DNA of 64,000 bases from an uncultured Gammaproteobacteria bacterium (lineage in GTDB: Bacteria; Patescibacteriota; Patescibacteriia; Magasanikbacterales; UBA922), in the NCBI GenBank assembly GCA_964447765.1, contig CAYUTO010000003.1:72919-136918 (forward strand), written 5' to 3'. Both the position numbers and the translations under genes were made by a program. Each line of letters starts with the position of its first letter. The first letter of the stretch is position 1. This document shows, piece by piece, positions 50,904 through 60,002 of this stretch. Under the pieces are notes generated by a model. That model searched no databases. It was given only the letters and a program-made list of their open reading frames with translations, and was not told the origin of the DNA.

Positions 50904-51080
50904 ACACATACACGATATATTAAAAATAAGTGTAAACACGAGATTAGTGTACACTACTTTTACCTCTTATTCAAGAGATTGAGTAATGCTACAAAACCAG
51001 GTACAATGATTCACGTAACACATACTATAGCAGCGAAGACACAACACACACAACATACCCCTTATTTCCACTCAACCTCT

Positions 51081-52055
51081 ATGTTTATCTTCTTGTACGG
51101 TAAAGATACATTCAGAAGTCGCGAATCACTTCGAAAAATGATTCTGAAATTCAAGACTGATCGTGATCCTTCGGGCTACAACGTAGCTCGTTTTGACGCA
51201 CTCACTGAGAAACCTACTGTAATCCTCACCGAACTCCATGGCTCACCCTTTTTAGCTGAAAAACGAATGGTTATTATTGAATATGCCCTTGAATCAAAGC
51301 ACTCTGAACTTCATGAAAAGTTAGCTGCAGTACTCGAAAATGATGCGGCAATTCCTGCAACGACTATCTGTGTGTTATACGAACGAGTCGACAGCTACAA
51401 GACAAAAGCACAAAAAGAATTGCTCAAAAAACTTTCAGTCTCCAAATATGCCCAACATTTCGACATTCTTGAGGGTGGCGATTTACGAAGATGGATTAGC
51501 GAGCATGCCAAAGAAAGAAATCTAACGATTGAAAATAATGCGCTTGAATTTATCGTACTCCATTCCAAAGGAGATACCTGGTTTATCCATTCACTCATCG
51601 AACAATTGGCTGGATATTGTACAGATAAAGTGTGTACGACTGATACTGTTCGATTATTCCTCAATGAGACAGCTGATGATAACATTTTCAATCTGATTGA
51701 TGCAATCGTTGCCAAAAAACCTGAGAAAGTATATGCGATGATTCGTGAACAGTATGAGCAAGGTCAAGATGCACACTACATTTTTGCCATGATAGTGAGA
51801 CAGTTCCGAATTATGCTTGAACTGAAAGATGCATTACACCTGGCCCCATCCACTCCTCCTGATGTACTTGCAAAAAATATAGGACTTCATCCATTTGTCG
51901 TCAAAAAAACAATCCCTCTTCTTCGATCATACGCTCTCACCGAACTGAAAGCCGTGTACGCAGAATTACTCTCAATGGATATCAAAACAAAAACCGGCAA
52001 GGGGAACTTGCCAGTTATGATCGATATGCTCGTTGGGAAGATTTGTGTACAATAG
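51081..52055 (+). CDS. holA: DNA polymerase III delta subunit
   Basis: FLYGKD.F, PFLAEKRMVII, NIFNLIDAI, LHPFVVKK, DIKTKTG. Confidence 0.9.
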   Translation: MFIFLYGKDTFRSRESLRKMILKFKTDRDPSGYNVARFDALTEKPTVILTELHGSPFLAEKRMVIIEYALESKHSELHEKLAAVLENDAAIPATTICVLYERVDSYKTKAQKELLKKLSVSKYAQHFDILEGGDLRRWISEHAKERNLTIENNALEFIVLHSKGDTWFIHSLIEQLAGYCTDKVCTTDTVRLFLNETADDNIFNLIDAIVAKKPEKVYAMIREQYEQGQDAHYIFAMIVRQFRIMLELKDALHLAPSTPPDVLAKNIGLHPFVVKKTIPLLRSYALTELKAVYAELLSMDIKTKTGKGNLPVMIDMLVGKICVQ

Positions 52056-52068
52056 TCACTCTTCGTTA

Positions 52069-53133
52069 TTACACATTTCGTTCTGTTAAAATTTTTTTCA
52101 TCTCTCCACTTAATATCATTTTTGTAACCTCGGCCATCTCTGCAATTGATAATGATTCACCAAACTCGCGCTTCAAGCCTCGAACTTTATTCGCTATTTT
52201 CCATTCTTCTTCACTAAACTGCGATTTTATTTCTTCTATTTGCGCATATTCTACAATACGCTCAACCGAAGCGCCTTTTGTTCCACGCATTTCCAATAAT
52301 ATATCTAGTGTTTTCGATATTTTTGCAGCCTCATCGGATCTCTCGCGCGCTGTTTCAAAATCGACCTTATCCTTATCTTCGAAATTAACTTCAACAAACC
52401 CTGTACTTACCTCTTGTTTACCTTCAACGGGTCTATTCTTATCATCCTGAGCTTTATCCAAAATTCTTTTGAGGATTGATTGGACGTTATCTTCTTTTTT
52501 TACTTTAAGCAATAGACCAAATTCATCACCACTGTAATGGGCTACAATATCATCAGGACGAGGTGCTCCAAATAACGAAATACCAAAAGATCGCAACACC
52601 TTGTCTCCGGTTACATGCCCCAAAACATCATTGATTTTTTTGAATCCATCAAGATCAAGCGCTACAACCGCCAACTTTTCTCCTTCTGTGAGCACTTGCA
52701 TCGTTGTGCCAAAATCTTGACTAATTGCCCGCCTCGTCCGAAGTTCAGGAATGAGACGGTCTTCTTTGTCAGTACTCGCACTATTTTCAATCGCATTCTC
52801 AATCAAATTTTTCAGCATTTCCATTTTTGCCGAATAGAGAGAGCCTTTTGCGTTGGACGTATCATATAGAGGATCTTGAACCTTTTGTTCTGCAATCGCA
52901 CGAAGTCCGCGAACTACTGAACGTTCAAACTGGACTCGGATATTCTCTACAACCTCAGGAGCTAATTTTTTTTCTGCAGATTCCAAAATCTCATGCACTC
53001 GCTCGGGAAGTTCTGCTGAAGGTATCACACTTTCTCCTACAAAAACTTTTGTCTTTCCATCAACCCGCTTTCCACTTCGGGGCTTCTTTTCTGCTGCTTG
53101 TTCTGGAGGTTTTGGTCCACCTTCTCTACTCAT
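52069..53133 (-). CDS. GGDEF-domain protein (SGDEF variant)
   Basis: DLDGFKKINDVLGHVTGD, RPDD I-site, HYSGDEF. Confidence 0.88.
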   Translation of the reverse strand: MSREGGPKPPEQAAEKKPRSGKRVDGKTKVFVGESVIPSAELPERVHEILESAEKKLAPEVVENIRVQFERSVVRGLRAIAEQKVQDPLYDTSNAKGSLYSAKMEMLKNLIENAIENSASTDKEDRLIPELRTRRAISQDFGTTMQVLTEGEKLAVVALDLDGFKKINDVLGHVTGDKVLRSFGISLFGAPRPDDIVAHYSGDEFGLLLKVKKEDNVQSILKRILDKAQDDKNRPVEGKQEVSTGFVEVNFEDKDKVDFETARERSDEAAKISKTLDILLEMRGTKGASVERIVEYAQIEEIKSQFSEEEWKIANKVRGLKREFGESLSIAEMAEVTKMILSGEMKKILTERNV

Positions 53134-53189
53134 ACTAAGTAATTATATAAAAAAATCCCTATACTTTTAGTATAGGGATTATATTTCGT

Positions 53190-53459
53190 TTACGCTTTCT
53201 TTACAAGTTTTGCAGCTTTTGAGGTCATTCGTGAGAGGTATCGTGATGCAGCTCCCTGCTTCAACACACCTTTCTTTACTGCTTTATCAAGTTTCTTTTG
53301 AGCAAGCTTGATTTTGTCACCCATGTCTTTTTCACCTTTTTCAACTGCGGCTCGAGCTTTTTTCAAAGCTTCTTTGTACGCGCGTTTGAAAACGAGGTTT
53401 TCAGCTTCACGCTTCTTTGATTGGCGTAGAGCTTTCTTTGCATTTCTTAAAATTGGCAT
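53190..53459 (-). CDS. rpsT: 30S ribosomal protein S20
   Basis: AKKALRQS..R...N, LDKAVKKGVL....ASR..SR. Confidence 0.95.
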   Translation of the reverse strand: MPILRNAKKALRQSKKREAENLVFKRAYKEALKKARAAVEKGEKDMGDKIKLAQKKLDKAVKKGVLKQGAASRYLSRMTSKAAKLVKKA

Positions 53460-53528
53460 AATAAATATCTAATTCTTCGGATTTATAATAAATATGTGAG
53501 AGTATAGCGCAGTATAGCTAAATAAGAG

Positions 53529-54626
53529 CTAACTGTCAAGCTGAGGCTTATCAAGGAGATCAGGCACAATTACCTTCTCACTCGCCCCCGTGATTCGTAC
53601 CACATCCTTATCAATTTTACCAAGCTCTTTATAGGCGGTATTGAAATGGTTTACGGTGGTAGACATACTCAGACCCAATTTCTTCATATACTCATCATAC
53701 GCATTGATATGTTTCCCGAGCATTTCCACATTCTTTCGAATCATCTTTGCCCCTTCTTCAATCTTCAAAGCTCGAAGACCGAAGAGTACAGTCTGGAGAT
53801 AAGCTGAAAAAGTTGTCGGCGAGACTATTACCACCTTCTTTTCATTGAACGCGTAATCAATCAAATTTCTGGTATTTACTTTTACAGCACCCACTTCATT
53901 CACGAGAAGATCATAGTAAATCGCTTCAGATGGAATATACATGAATGCAAATTCCAGCGTTCCCTCATCTGGTTTGATATATTTTGCTGTTTCATCAATT
54001 CGTTTTTTCAAATCATTTTTGAAATCTTTTTCTAGTTGTTCTCGATGTGGTCCCTCTGGTTCATGAATCAATCGTTCATAATTGTCGAGTGAAAACTTGG
54101 CGTCCACCGGAATAATTCCCTCTTTGGTAAATATAGCAACGTCCACAATATCTCCATTATTAAAATGATGCTGAGTTTTGAAATCATTCGGTGACAATAT
54201 ATTTTCAAGAAGTAAATTAAGTCCTACTTCACCCAGATTTCCTCTCTGTTTCTGGTGCTTCAATACTTTTTCAAGGTCGCTTAGCTGTGATGAAAATCCA
54301 ATTACTTGCTGATTCGTCTTATCGAGTGTGGTTAATTTTTCAGTAATGTCTGTAATGATTTTTGAACTCTGTGCAAATTGTGTTTGGAGTGTGTGATGCA
54401 AATTCTGCTGACCTTCACCTACGATTTTATGCGTTTCTGAAATCTTAGTGTCCATTGTTTTCTGCATATCTTGCAGCTGCTGCTGGAACATGAGAAATAT
54501 TGCTTTTTGCTCTTCTGGATTTTCATTTTCTTTTACTGGAGTCGACATCTTCTTATACATCATAAGTATTACTCCGAGCATGGCGAGTAGTAACACACCA
54601 AATACAATCAATAATCCCGTTTGCAT
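53529..54626 (-). CDS. rmuC: DNA recombination protein RmuC
   Basis: N-terminal TM, KQRGNLGE, VDAKF, FAFMYIPSEAIY, VSPTT. Confidence 0.93.
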   Translation of the reverse strand: MQTGLLIVFGVLLLAMLGVILMMYKKMSTPVKENENPEEQKAIFLMFQQQLQDMQKTMDTKISETHKIVGEGQQNLHHTLQTQFAQSSKIITDITEKLTTLDKTNQQVIGFSSQLSDLEKVLKHQKQRGNLGEVGLNLLLENILSPNDFKTQHHFNNGDIVDVAIFTKEGIIPVDAKFSLDNYERLIHEPEGPHREQLEKDFKNDLKKRIDETAKYIKPDEGTLEFAFMYIPSEAIYYDLLVNEVGAVKVNTRNLIDYAFNEKKVVIVSPTTFSAYLQTVLFGLRALKIEEGAKMIRKNVEMLGKHINAYDEYMKKLGLSMSTTVNHFNTAYKELGKIDKDVVRITGASEKVIVPDLLDKPQLDS

Positions 54627-54671
54627 ATATAAAGTATTTTAATCTTCTAATCTTCAATCTTTATTCTTCAG

Positions 54672-54764
54672 TTATTTCTTCCCTATTTTCCCAAAGAAAA
54701 ACGCGATCAGTGTCGCAGCAATTGATCCGAGGATTAGTATGAGAATTGATAAGAATCCATCCAT
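54672..54764 (-). CDS. Putative 30-aa single-pass membrane peptide
   Basis: MDGFLSILILILGSIAATLIAFFFGKIGKK: hydrophobic helix with basic tail. Confidence 0.45.
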   Translation of the reverse strand: MDGFLSILILILGSIAATLIAFFFGKIGKK

Positions 54765-54806
54765 AGTATTATCCATAATAACACAAACTTTTCTCTCTGT
54801 CATTGT

Positions 54807-54843
54807 GTCATTCCGAGCGAGTGCACTCGAGTCGAGGAATCCC
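54807..54843. repeat. REP-like palindromic element (GTCATTCCGAGC...CGAGGAATC type)
   Basis: GTCATTCCGAGCGAGTGCACTCGAGTCGAGGAATCCC; single copy in window, resembles a widespread REP arm. Confidence 0.55.
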
Positions 54844-54864
54844 TTGTTTTGCAATAATATACGG

Positions 54865-54979
54865 TAAAACAAAAAGACACCACAGGTGTGATGTGCTTTT
54901 GGTTTGGGCGGAACTGACAGACACAGTTCCGCAGGGTTGTCCTAAGTTTTACTTCCACCATGTCTGAGGCAGAAGGAGT
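54865..54979 (-). ncRNA. Candidate kissing-loop structured RNA plus terminator, copy A
   Basis: Hairpin 1 loop TCAGACAT is complementary to hairpin 2 loop TGTCTGT; conserved with copy B. Confidence 0.75.
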
Positions 54980-55007
54980 ATAACCTACTCAAGTATGTGA
55001 AAATGCT

Positions 55008-55886
55008 CTATTTGACTACAGGACCCACTTCTTTGATAAAATCTGGTCCGACGTTACCTTCTATCCCCGCTTTCATTGTGCGCCGGTACCACTCTCTAAA
55101 GTTATTTCGGTAAATTGCGCCCCAGACTTCTATTGTCTGTTGCATCACTCCCGAATCATTCATCCCCGTTTCAGCACTCACCTGTTTTGGGAGTCTTCCT
55201 CTCTTGTATAACACAGCATACAATCTCGCTTGCGCAGCGTAGGCTGTTTCTTCGAATCCTTCTAGGTCTGAGTTGTAGAAGCCCTTCATCTGAGTGCGAT
55301 CTTGTATATTGTTCTTCTGGATGTACTTCAGACAGTCAGAAGCATGCTTCATCTCGTGATAGAAGCCGAGCGCCACGAACTCCGTACTCCCCTGAGAAGG
55401 AGCGGCGACTGCGTACCTATCATTAACGCAGTCATATGCCATTCGCCCAGTCCCACCTATTGGTTCCGAGTAGAATACCCATTGAATCCGACGCGTGCCC
55501 TGCACGTACTCTTTGAGGAGGGCGAAGATCTCTTTGTCATCTTGTGTAGACAAGAATGGATCACCTTCAAACTCGAGAATGACGTCTGCTGAAGCACGCA
55601 GTTGCTGTGGACTTACTGCTGGCAGGTTTTTTACGCTCACGAACTCGTGATCGAGGTCCACGAGTTCAGGAACTTGAGCCCGAACTGCGGTATTGACAGT
55701 CTGGTGTGCCGCCGCCGGTCTGTTCACGACTGATCTCGTATTCCTCTCTTTTGCGAGGAAGAAGATAGCGATACCCCCGAGCACCAGGGCCGAGATTGCC
55801 AGTAGCATACCCGACCAGTTTTTATTCACTGGTTTCTCAGCCATTTTAACTGCTGAGCGAACTTGGTGCTTAGTTTTTTTCGACAT
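55008..55886 (-). CDS. Membrane-anchored putative zinc metallopeptidase (orphan cassette)
   Basis: TM helix, HEMKH (HExxH) and downstream EETAY; TTGACA-17-TATTTT promoter and GAGGT RBS. Confidence 0.7.
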   Translation of the reverse strand: MSKKTKHQVRSAVKMAEKPVNKNWSGMLLAISALVLGGIAIFFLAKERNTRSVVNRPAAAHQTVNTAVRAQVPELVDLDHEFVSVKNLPAVSPQQLRASADVILEFEGDPFLSTQDDKEIFALLKEYVQGTRRIQWVFYSEPIGGTGRMAYDCVNDRYAVAAPSQGSTEFVALGFYHEMKHASDCLKYIQKNNIQDRTQMKGFYNSDLEGFEETAYAAQARLYAVLYKRGRLPKQVSAETGMNDSGVMQQTIEVWGAIYRNNFREWYRRTMKAGIEGNVGPDFIKEVGPVVK

Positions 55887-55969
55887 GATTACCTCACTGT
55901 TGCTGGTCCTATAATTAGGACTAAGCAAAATACTACAATTTATACGTTTTGTCAATGCTACAGGGTATA

Positions 55970-56080
55970 TAAAACAAAAAGACACCACGGATGTGATGTG
56001 CTTTTGGTTTGGGCGGAGCTCTCAGGTAGAGCTCCGCAGTTGATGTGAGTTTTACTTCCACAACCTGAACATAGAAGGGG
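55970..56080 (-). ncRNA. Candidate kissing-loop structured RNA plus terminator, copy B
   Basis: Hairpin 1 loop TTCAGGT is complementary to hairpin 2 loop TACCTGA. Confidence 0.75.
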
Positions 56081-56142
56081 TCTCAGTAGACCTAGCGCGC
56101 ATATTATTGCGCTTCCAGACCACTACCCTAGGAGTGAGCTTA

Positions 56143-56352
56143 TCACATTCCCTGTACCCACCTAAGGAACAGATACATATGCACCGGGTTGGAAATAGTG
56201 CAGTCCTCACTCTCTTGCATCTTCTGCTGCCCAGGTGCACTGCTCTGCGAAGCACTAATTTGCTCATGGCTCGTAGCCAGTATACCTGCAATGAGCAGAG
56301 GCAGAATAAATATGGACGCTATTATCGCAATGAATTTTTTATCCATTTCCAT
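56143..56352 (-). CDS. Orphan small membrane/exported protein
   Basis: GAGGT RBS and N-terminal hydrophobic helix. Confidence 0.6.
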   Translation of the reverse strand: MEMDKKFIAIIASIFILPLLIAGILATSHEQISASQSSAPGQQKMQESEDCTISNPVHMYLFLRWVQGM

Positions 56353-56376
56353 AGCACCTCAGGTCGGTGGTAAGCT

Positions 56377-56838
56377 TTACCCCCAGAAGCCGAGTCGTTG
56401 CCACCAGTGGGGTGGATACGTCTGGGTCGGTTTGTGTTCACCCGTAAGATCGATCGAGTTCTTAACCTCTACAGCATTCACCCCGTTAATGAGGAAGATG
56501 AAGTTGCACTCTCCCTTACCGAGGTAAGTGGAAAAGGCGATAACTCCACCTTTACTGTATAAATACCCGAACTGATCGACCCCTTTGTTTCCGAATGGTA
56601 ATTCGAGCTCAAATGCGATCAGAGCACTGAACTTCTTTCCACCAGGAACAGAGAGTACGATCGTCTGCATCCCTGGCACCAACTCTTCAGTAGCACTTCC
56701 TAAATAGTGCCACTGGATCTTATTTTTATTGTCGTCAGTGTAGTTCTTCAGAAACTTGAACTTCTTCACGAGTTCCTTCGCGAGGAACACAGTCGTCACG
56801 AGGGCGATGAGAAGGAACAATAGAATGATTGTAAACAT
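56377..56838 (-). CDS. Orphan membrane-anchored protein
   Basis: Perfect TTGACA-17-TATAAT promoter (56875-56903), GGAG RBS, N-terminal TM. Confidence 0.75.
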   Translation of the reverse strand: MFTIILLFLLIALVTTVFLAKELVKKFKFLKNYTDDNKNKIQWHYLGSATEELVPGMQTIVLSVPGGKKFSALIAFELELPFGNKGVDQFGYLYSKGGVIAFSTYLGKGECNFIFLINGVNAVEVKNSIDLTGEHKPTQTYPPHWWQRLGFWG

Positions 56839-57016
56839 GCGACTCTCCAGTGTCCTTGGTTGTAAGGACTAAAAATTATATCACAGAACACCCTCTTTGT
56901 CAAGACTAAATGATGTATGTTTATCTAGATTTAAAACTATCTTGTAAATTTATATTTACTAATATATACTATATTTAAGTTATATTATTATCTATTGTAA
57001 ATTTGTATTTACAATT

Positions 57017-57760
57017 ATGCAGATTGAAGAGTTGGTAAAAATTGGACTGGCGGAAACTGAAGCAAAGACATATCTTGCTCTTCTTGAACTTGGATCTGGA
57101 ACTGTAACTTCTATCACCCACCGGGCTAGTATCACTCGAACACTCGGGTACCATTCACTTGATCAATTAATCGCATTTGATTTGGTTGAACAAAAAAAGA
57201 ATTCACAACCCGCAGAGTTTCACGTGAAACATCCGCGAAAATTAATCGAGTATGCGGAGAGGCAAAAAACCATGTGGAGTAATCGTATCAATGATGCAGA
57301 AAATCTCTTGCCAAAACTTGAGTCGTCCTATACAATGCTCGGGCGCCCATTTCTTTCAAACCGTGTAGGAGAAGAAGCTGTATTAGATTTGTATAGAATA
57401 CTGTATACAAATAAAAACACACTTATTTCTCTCCTTTGCCCTACGATTCTAGGACGTGACACACTCATAGCTTTCTTTGAAGCCAAATCTCAGTCTGAGA
57501 ATCCTTCAAATATCTGCTGTATCTTTGACACTCCAGAAAATAGACAAGCTCTTGAAGGTCTTTCGGGGGTATCCACTATTCAATGGATTATTCCCTCAAA
57601 AGTACATACAGCTGTATACAAATCGGCTGAAATTATCGTTTCAGAAGACACCATATACACTATTAACAATAAAGAAGGCGAGTTGTGTGCTGATAGTATC
57701 ACCCATGAAGCCACTGTAAGTTCTATGTACACACTACTGTATACATTAATCCAGAAATAG
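57017..57760 (+). CDS. TrmB-family HTH transcriptional regulator
   Basis: GL.E.EAK.YLALLELG......I...A.I.R...Y..L..L pattern. Confidence 0.85.
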   Translation: MQIEELVKIGLAETEAKTYLALLELGSGTVTSITHRASITRTLGYHSLDQLIAFDLVEQKKNSQPAEFHVKHPRKLIEYAERQKTMWSNRINDAENLLPKLESSYTMLGRPFLSNRVGEEAVLDLYRILYTNKNTLISLLCPTILGRDTLIAFFEAKSQSENPSNICCIFDTPENRQALEGLSGVSTIQWIIPSKVHTAVYKSAEIIVSEDTIYTINNKEGELCADSITHEATVSSMYTLLYTLIQK

Positions 57761-57774
57761 ACCTCTTTTAACCT

Positions 57775-57790
57775 TGTTTCACATGAAACA
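57775..57790. promoter_or_regulatory. parS centromere-like site
   Basis: TGTTTCACATGAAACA, 15/16 match to TGTTTCACGTGAAACA, about 4.5 kb from dnaA. Confidence 0.85.
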
Positions 57791-57812
57791 TATTCCAGAA
57801 TAATTTTAACAC

Positions 57813-57884
57813 GCTCCTATAGTTCAATGGATAGAACAAGACACTCCTAACGTCTAGATCCGCGTTCGATTCGCGGTGGGGGCA
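57813..57884 (+). tRNA. tRNA-Arg(CCT)
   Basis: Acceptor GCTCCTA/TGGGGGC, anticodon loop CTCCTAA, T-arm CCGCG-TTCGATT-CGCGG. Confidence 0.93.
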
Positions 57885-58335
57885 CAAATTAGAAAATTCT
57901 TTGAGTACACCATCCTCTCGACACACACTTGCAGAAACCAAGGTCGGGGATAGCCCTAATAACTAGCAATACACGCGGCATACACAAACCGTGTTTTTGT
58001 TACACACCTAATCAATTTTTGAGGTAGATTTAATAATTCATCTCTATACATAATTAAAGATAGAACCTAATCCATTTTTTTTATTTGTTTAATATAAAAT
58101 ACCGACAGCACCCCTAGGAAGAAAGTTGAGCACATACACTACAAAGCCTCACATATTTAATTAAATTGTGTTTAATTTGCTTAATGTAAATAATATTAAG
58201 TGTCGTACAATATAATTATTTACATATTAAACATGCGTATGCCCCAAAATTTTATATTACTAACCCCTTATACCTTGTTTTTTTGAAAAAACCTGTTATA
58301 CTTTTTCCAGTTTCTGTTCCAACACCTAGCCAAGG

Positions 58336-58644
58336 ATGTGTGTCATGCTTCAGTTCTTTGTCTCCTTAGTACTCATTTACCTGGCAACCGAGTTCGCTCG
58401 ATACATTATCGAGCAGACGAAAGCTCTCGGAGAGCTGGACAACACTCAGGATGCCATCAGCGTCACTCCTCCCGCTAACCGCGACATGATAAACTGGTTC
58501 TACTCCTCGTCGGACGAAGAACCACCTACCAAACAGAGGTTACATCCACCACGAACGAAGAAGGGCTCAATACGCCCTCATCGACGTGCACGTATGCGAC
58601 GACCCCCTTGCATACGCAGCGGACCTAACACCGCACGCCTCTGA
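58336..58644 (+). CDS. Orphan membrane-anchored protein with Arg/Pro-rich tail
   Basis: Extended -10 TGTTATACT, AAGGA RBS (start may be the second ATG), long 3' hairpin 58651-58687. Confidence 0.6.
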   Translation: MCVMLQFFVSLVLIYLATEFARYIIEQTKALGELDNTQDAISVTPPANRDMINWFYSSSDEEPPTKQRLHPPRTKKGSIRPHRRARMRRPPCIRSGPNTARL

Positions 58645-58796
58645 TCCCCCGTCCTAAGTCTGTTCGGCACACGAACAGACTTAGGACGCCCATCTTCAAA
58701 AGATTTCACCATCTTTTTTTTATTATACCAGGCAGGTACGTTTGATTTTTTATCATTCTTCTGTTACACTCCGCAATACAAAACTAACTTGTTACT

Positions 58797-59870
58797 ATGT
58801 TATCGATTGGAATTGTCGGACTCCCCAATGTAGGAAAATCAACACTTTTTAACGCGCTTACCAAAAGTAAGCTCGCTGAAGCTGCTAATTATCCTTTTTG
58901 TACTATTGAACCTAATGTTGGTGTAGTTGAAGTTCCAGACGAGCGACTTGCGCCACTTGCCACTACTTCAAAATCGGGAAAAATTATCCCAACCGCAATT
59001 CAATTTGTTGATATTGCAGGAATTGTAAAAGGCGCATCAGAAGGTGAAGGATTGGGAAACAAATTTCTTACTCATATCCGTGAAGCTGACGCGATTGTAC
59101 AGGTCGTACGTGCGTTTGAAGATGGAAATATCATTCACGTATCAGGAAAAGTAGATCCAAAAGACGATAGTGATGTAATCAATCTTGAACTCGCACTTGC
59201 CGACCTTGCAACCGTCTCAAAACGATTGGATAAAACAAAACGCGATGCAAAAGGTGCAGCGGCAAAAGGAAAAGAAGTGGAGATTGCAGTACTCGAAAAA
59301 CTAAACGCACAATTGGGAAGTGGATTACCCACACGAGATCTTGAATTTAATGATGATGAAAAACTAATTGTACGAGATCTACACTTACTTACCATGAAAC
59401 CCATGATGTACGTGGTGAATGTAGAAGAAACTGCGGTAGGGAAAGTAGATTTCAAAAGTATTTTTGGTGCAACTCCCTATATAGAGATCAGTGCAAAAAT
59501 TGAATCAGAAATTGCTGAATTAAATTCTGAAGATGCAAAAATGTTTATGGATGATCTAGGAATGAAAGAAACTGGGCTTGATCGATTAATTGTTGCTGGA
59601 TACAAACTACTTAATCTCATTACATACTTTACTTCTGGAGAACAAGAAACACGTGCATGGACAGTTACAAGTGGGACTCTCGGCCCTGATGCTGCAGGAG
59701 TCATTCATACTGATTTTGTCAAAGGATATATCAAAGCTGATGTTGCAAGTGTTGCCGACTTTGTAGAACTTGGTGGCTGGCCAGGAGTAAAAGAAAAAGG
59801 AAAGATGCAGTTAGTCGGAAAAGATTATGAAGTGAAAGATGGTGATGTATGTTACTTTCATATCGCTTAA
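58797..59870 (+). CDS. ychF: Ribosome-binding ATPase YchF
   Basis: GIVGLPNVGKSTLFNALT, ANYPFCTIEPN, GEGLGNKFL, IHTDF. Confidence 0.97.
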   Translation: MLSIGIVGLPNVGKSTLFNALTKSKLAEAANYPFCTIEPNVGVVEVPDERLAPLATTSKSGKIIPTAIQFVDIAGIVKGASEGEGLGNKFLTHIREADAIVQVVRAFEDGNIIHVSGKVDPKDDSDVINLELALADLATVSKRLDKTKRDAKGAAAKGKEVEIAVLEKLNAQLGSGLPTRDLEFNDDEKLIVRDLHLLTMKPMMYVVNVEETAVGKVDFKSIFGATPYIEISAKIESEIAELNSEDAKMFMDDLGMKETGLDRLIVAGYKLLNLITYFTSGEQETRAWTVTSGTLGPDAAGVIHTDFVKGYIKADVASVADFVELGGWPGVKEKGKMQLVGKDYEVKDGDVCYFHIA

Positions 59871-59972
59871 CCTAGTCACGAGTCAGTAAAGTCATAAAGT
59901 CGAAAGTAAAATGCACATGCAAAAAAAGTAAACGAAAAAGTTAAAAGAAAATACAAATACAATTCATAAATA

Positions 59973-59998
59973 AAAATCCGCCGTATGGCGGGTTTTGT
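59973..59998. terminator. Bidirectional intrinsic terminator
   Basis: AAAATCCGCC-GTAT-GGCGGGTTTT between convergent ychF and the 60128 cassette. Confidence 0.8.
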
Positions 59999-60002
59999 TT
60001 TT

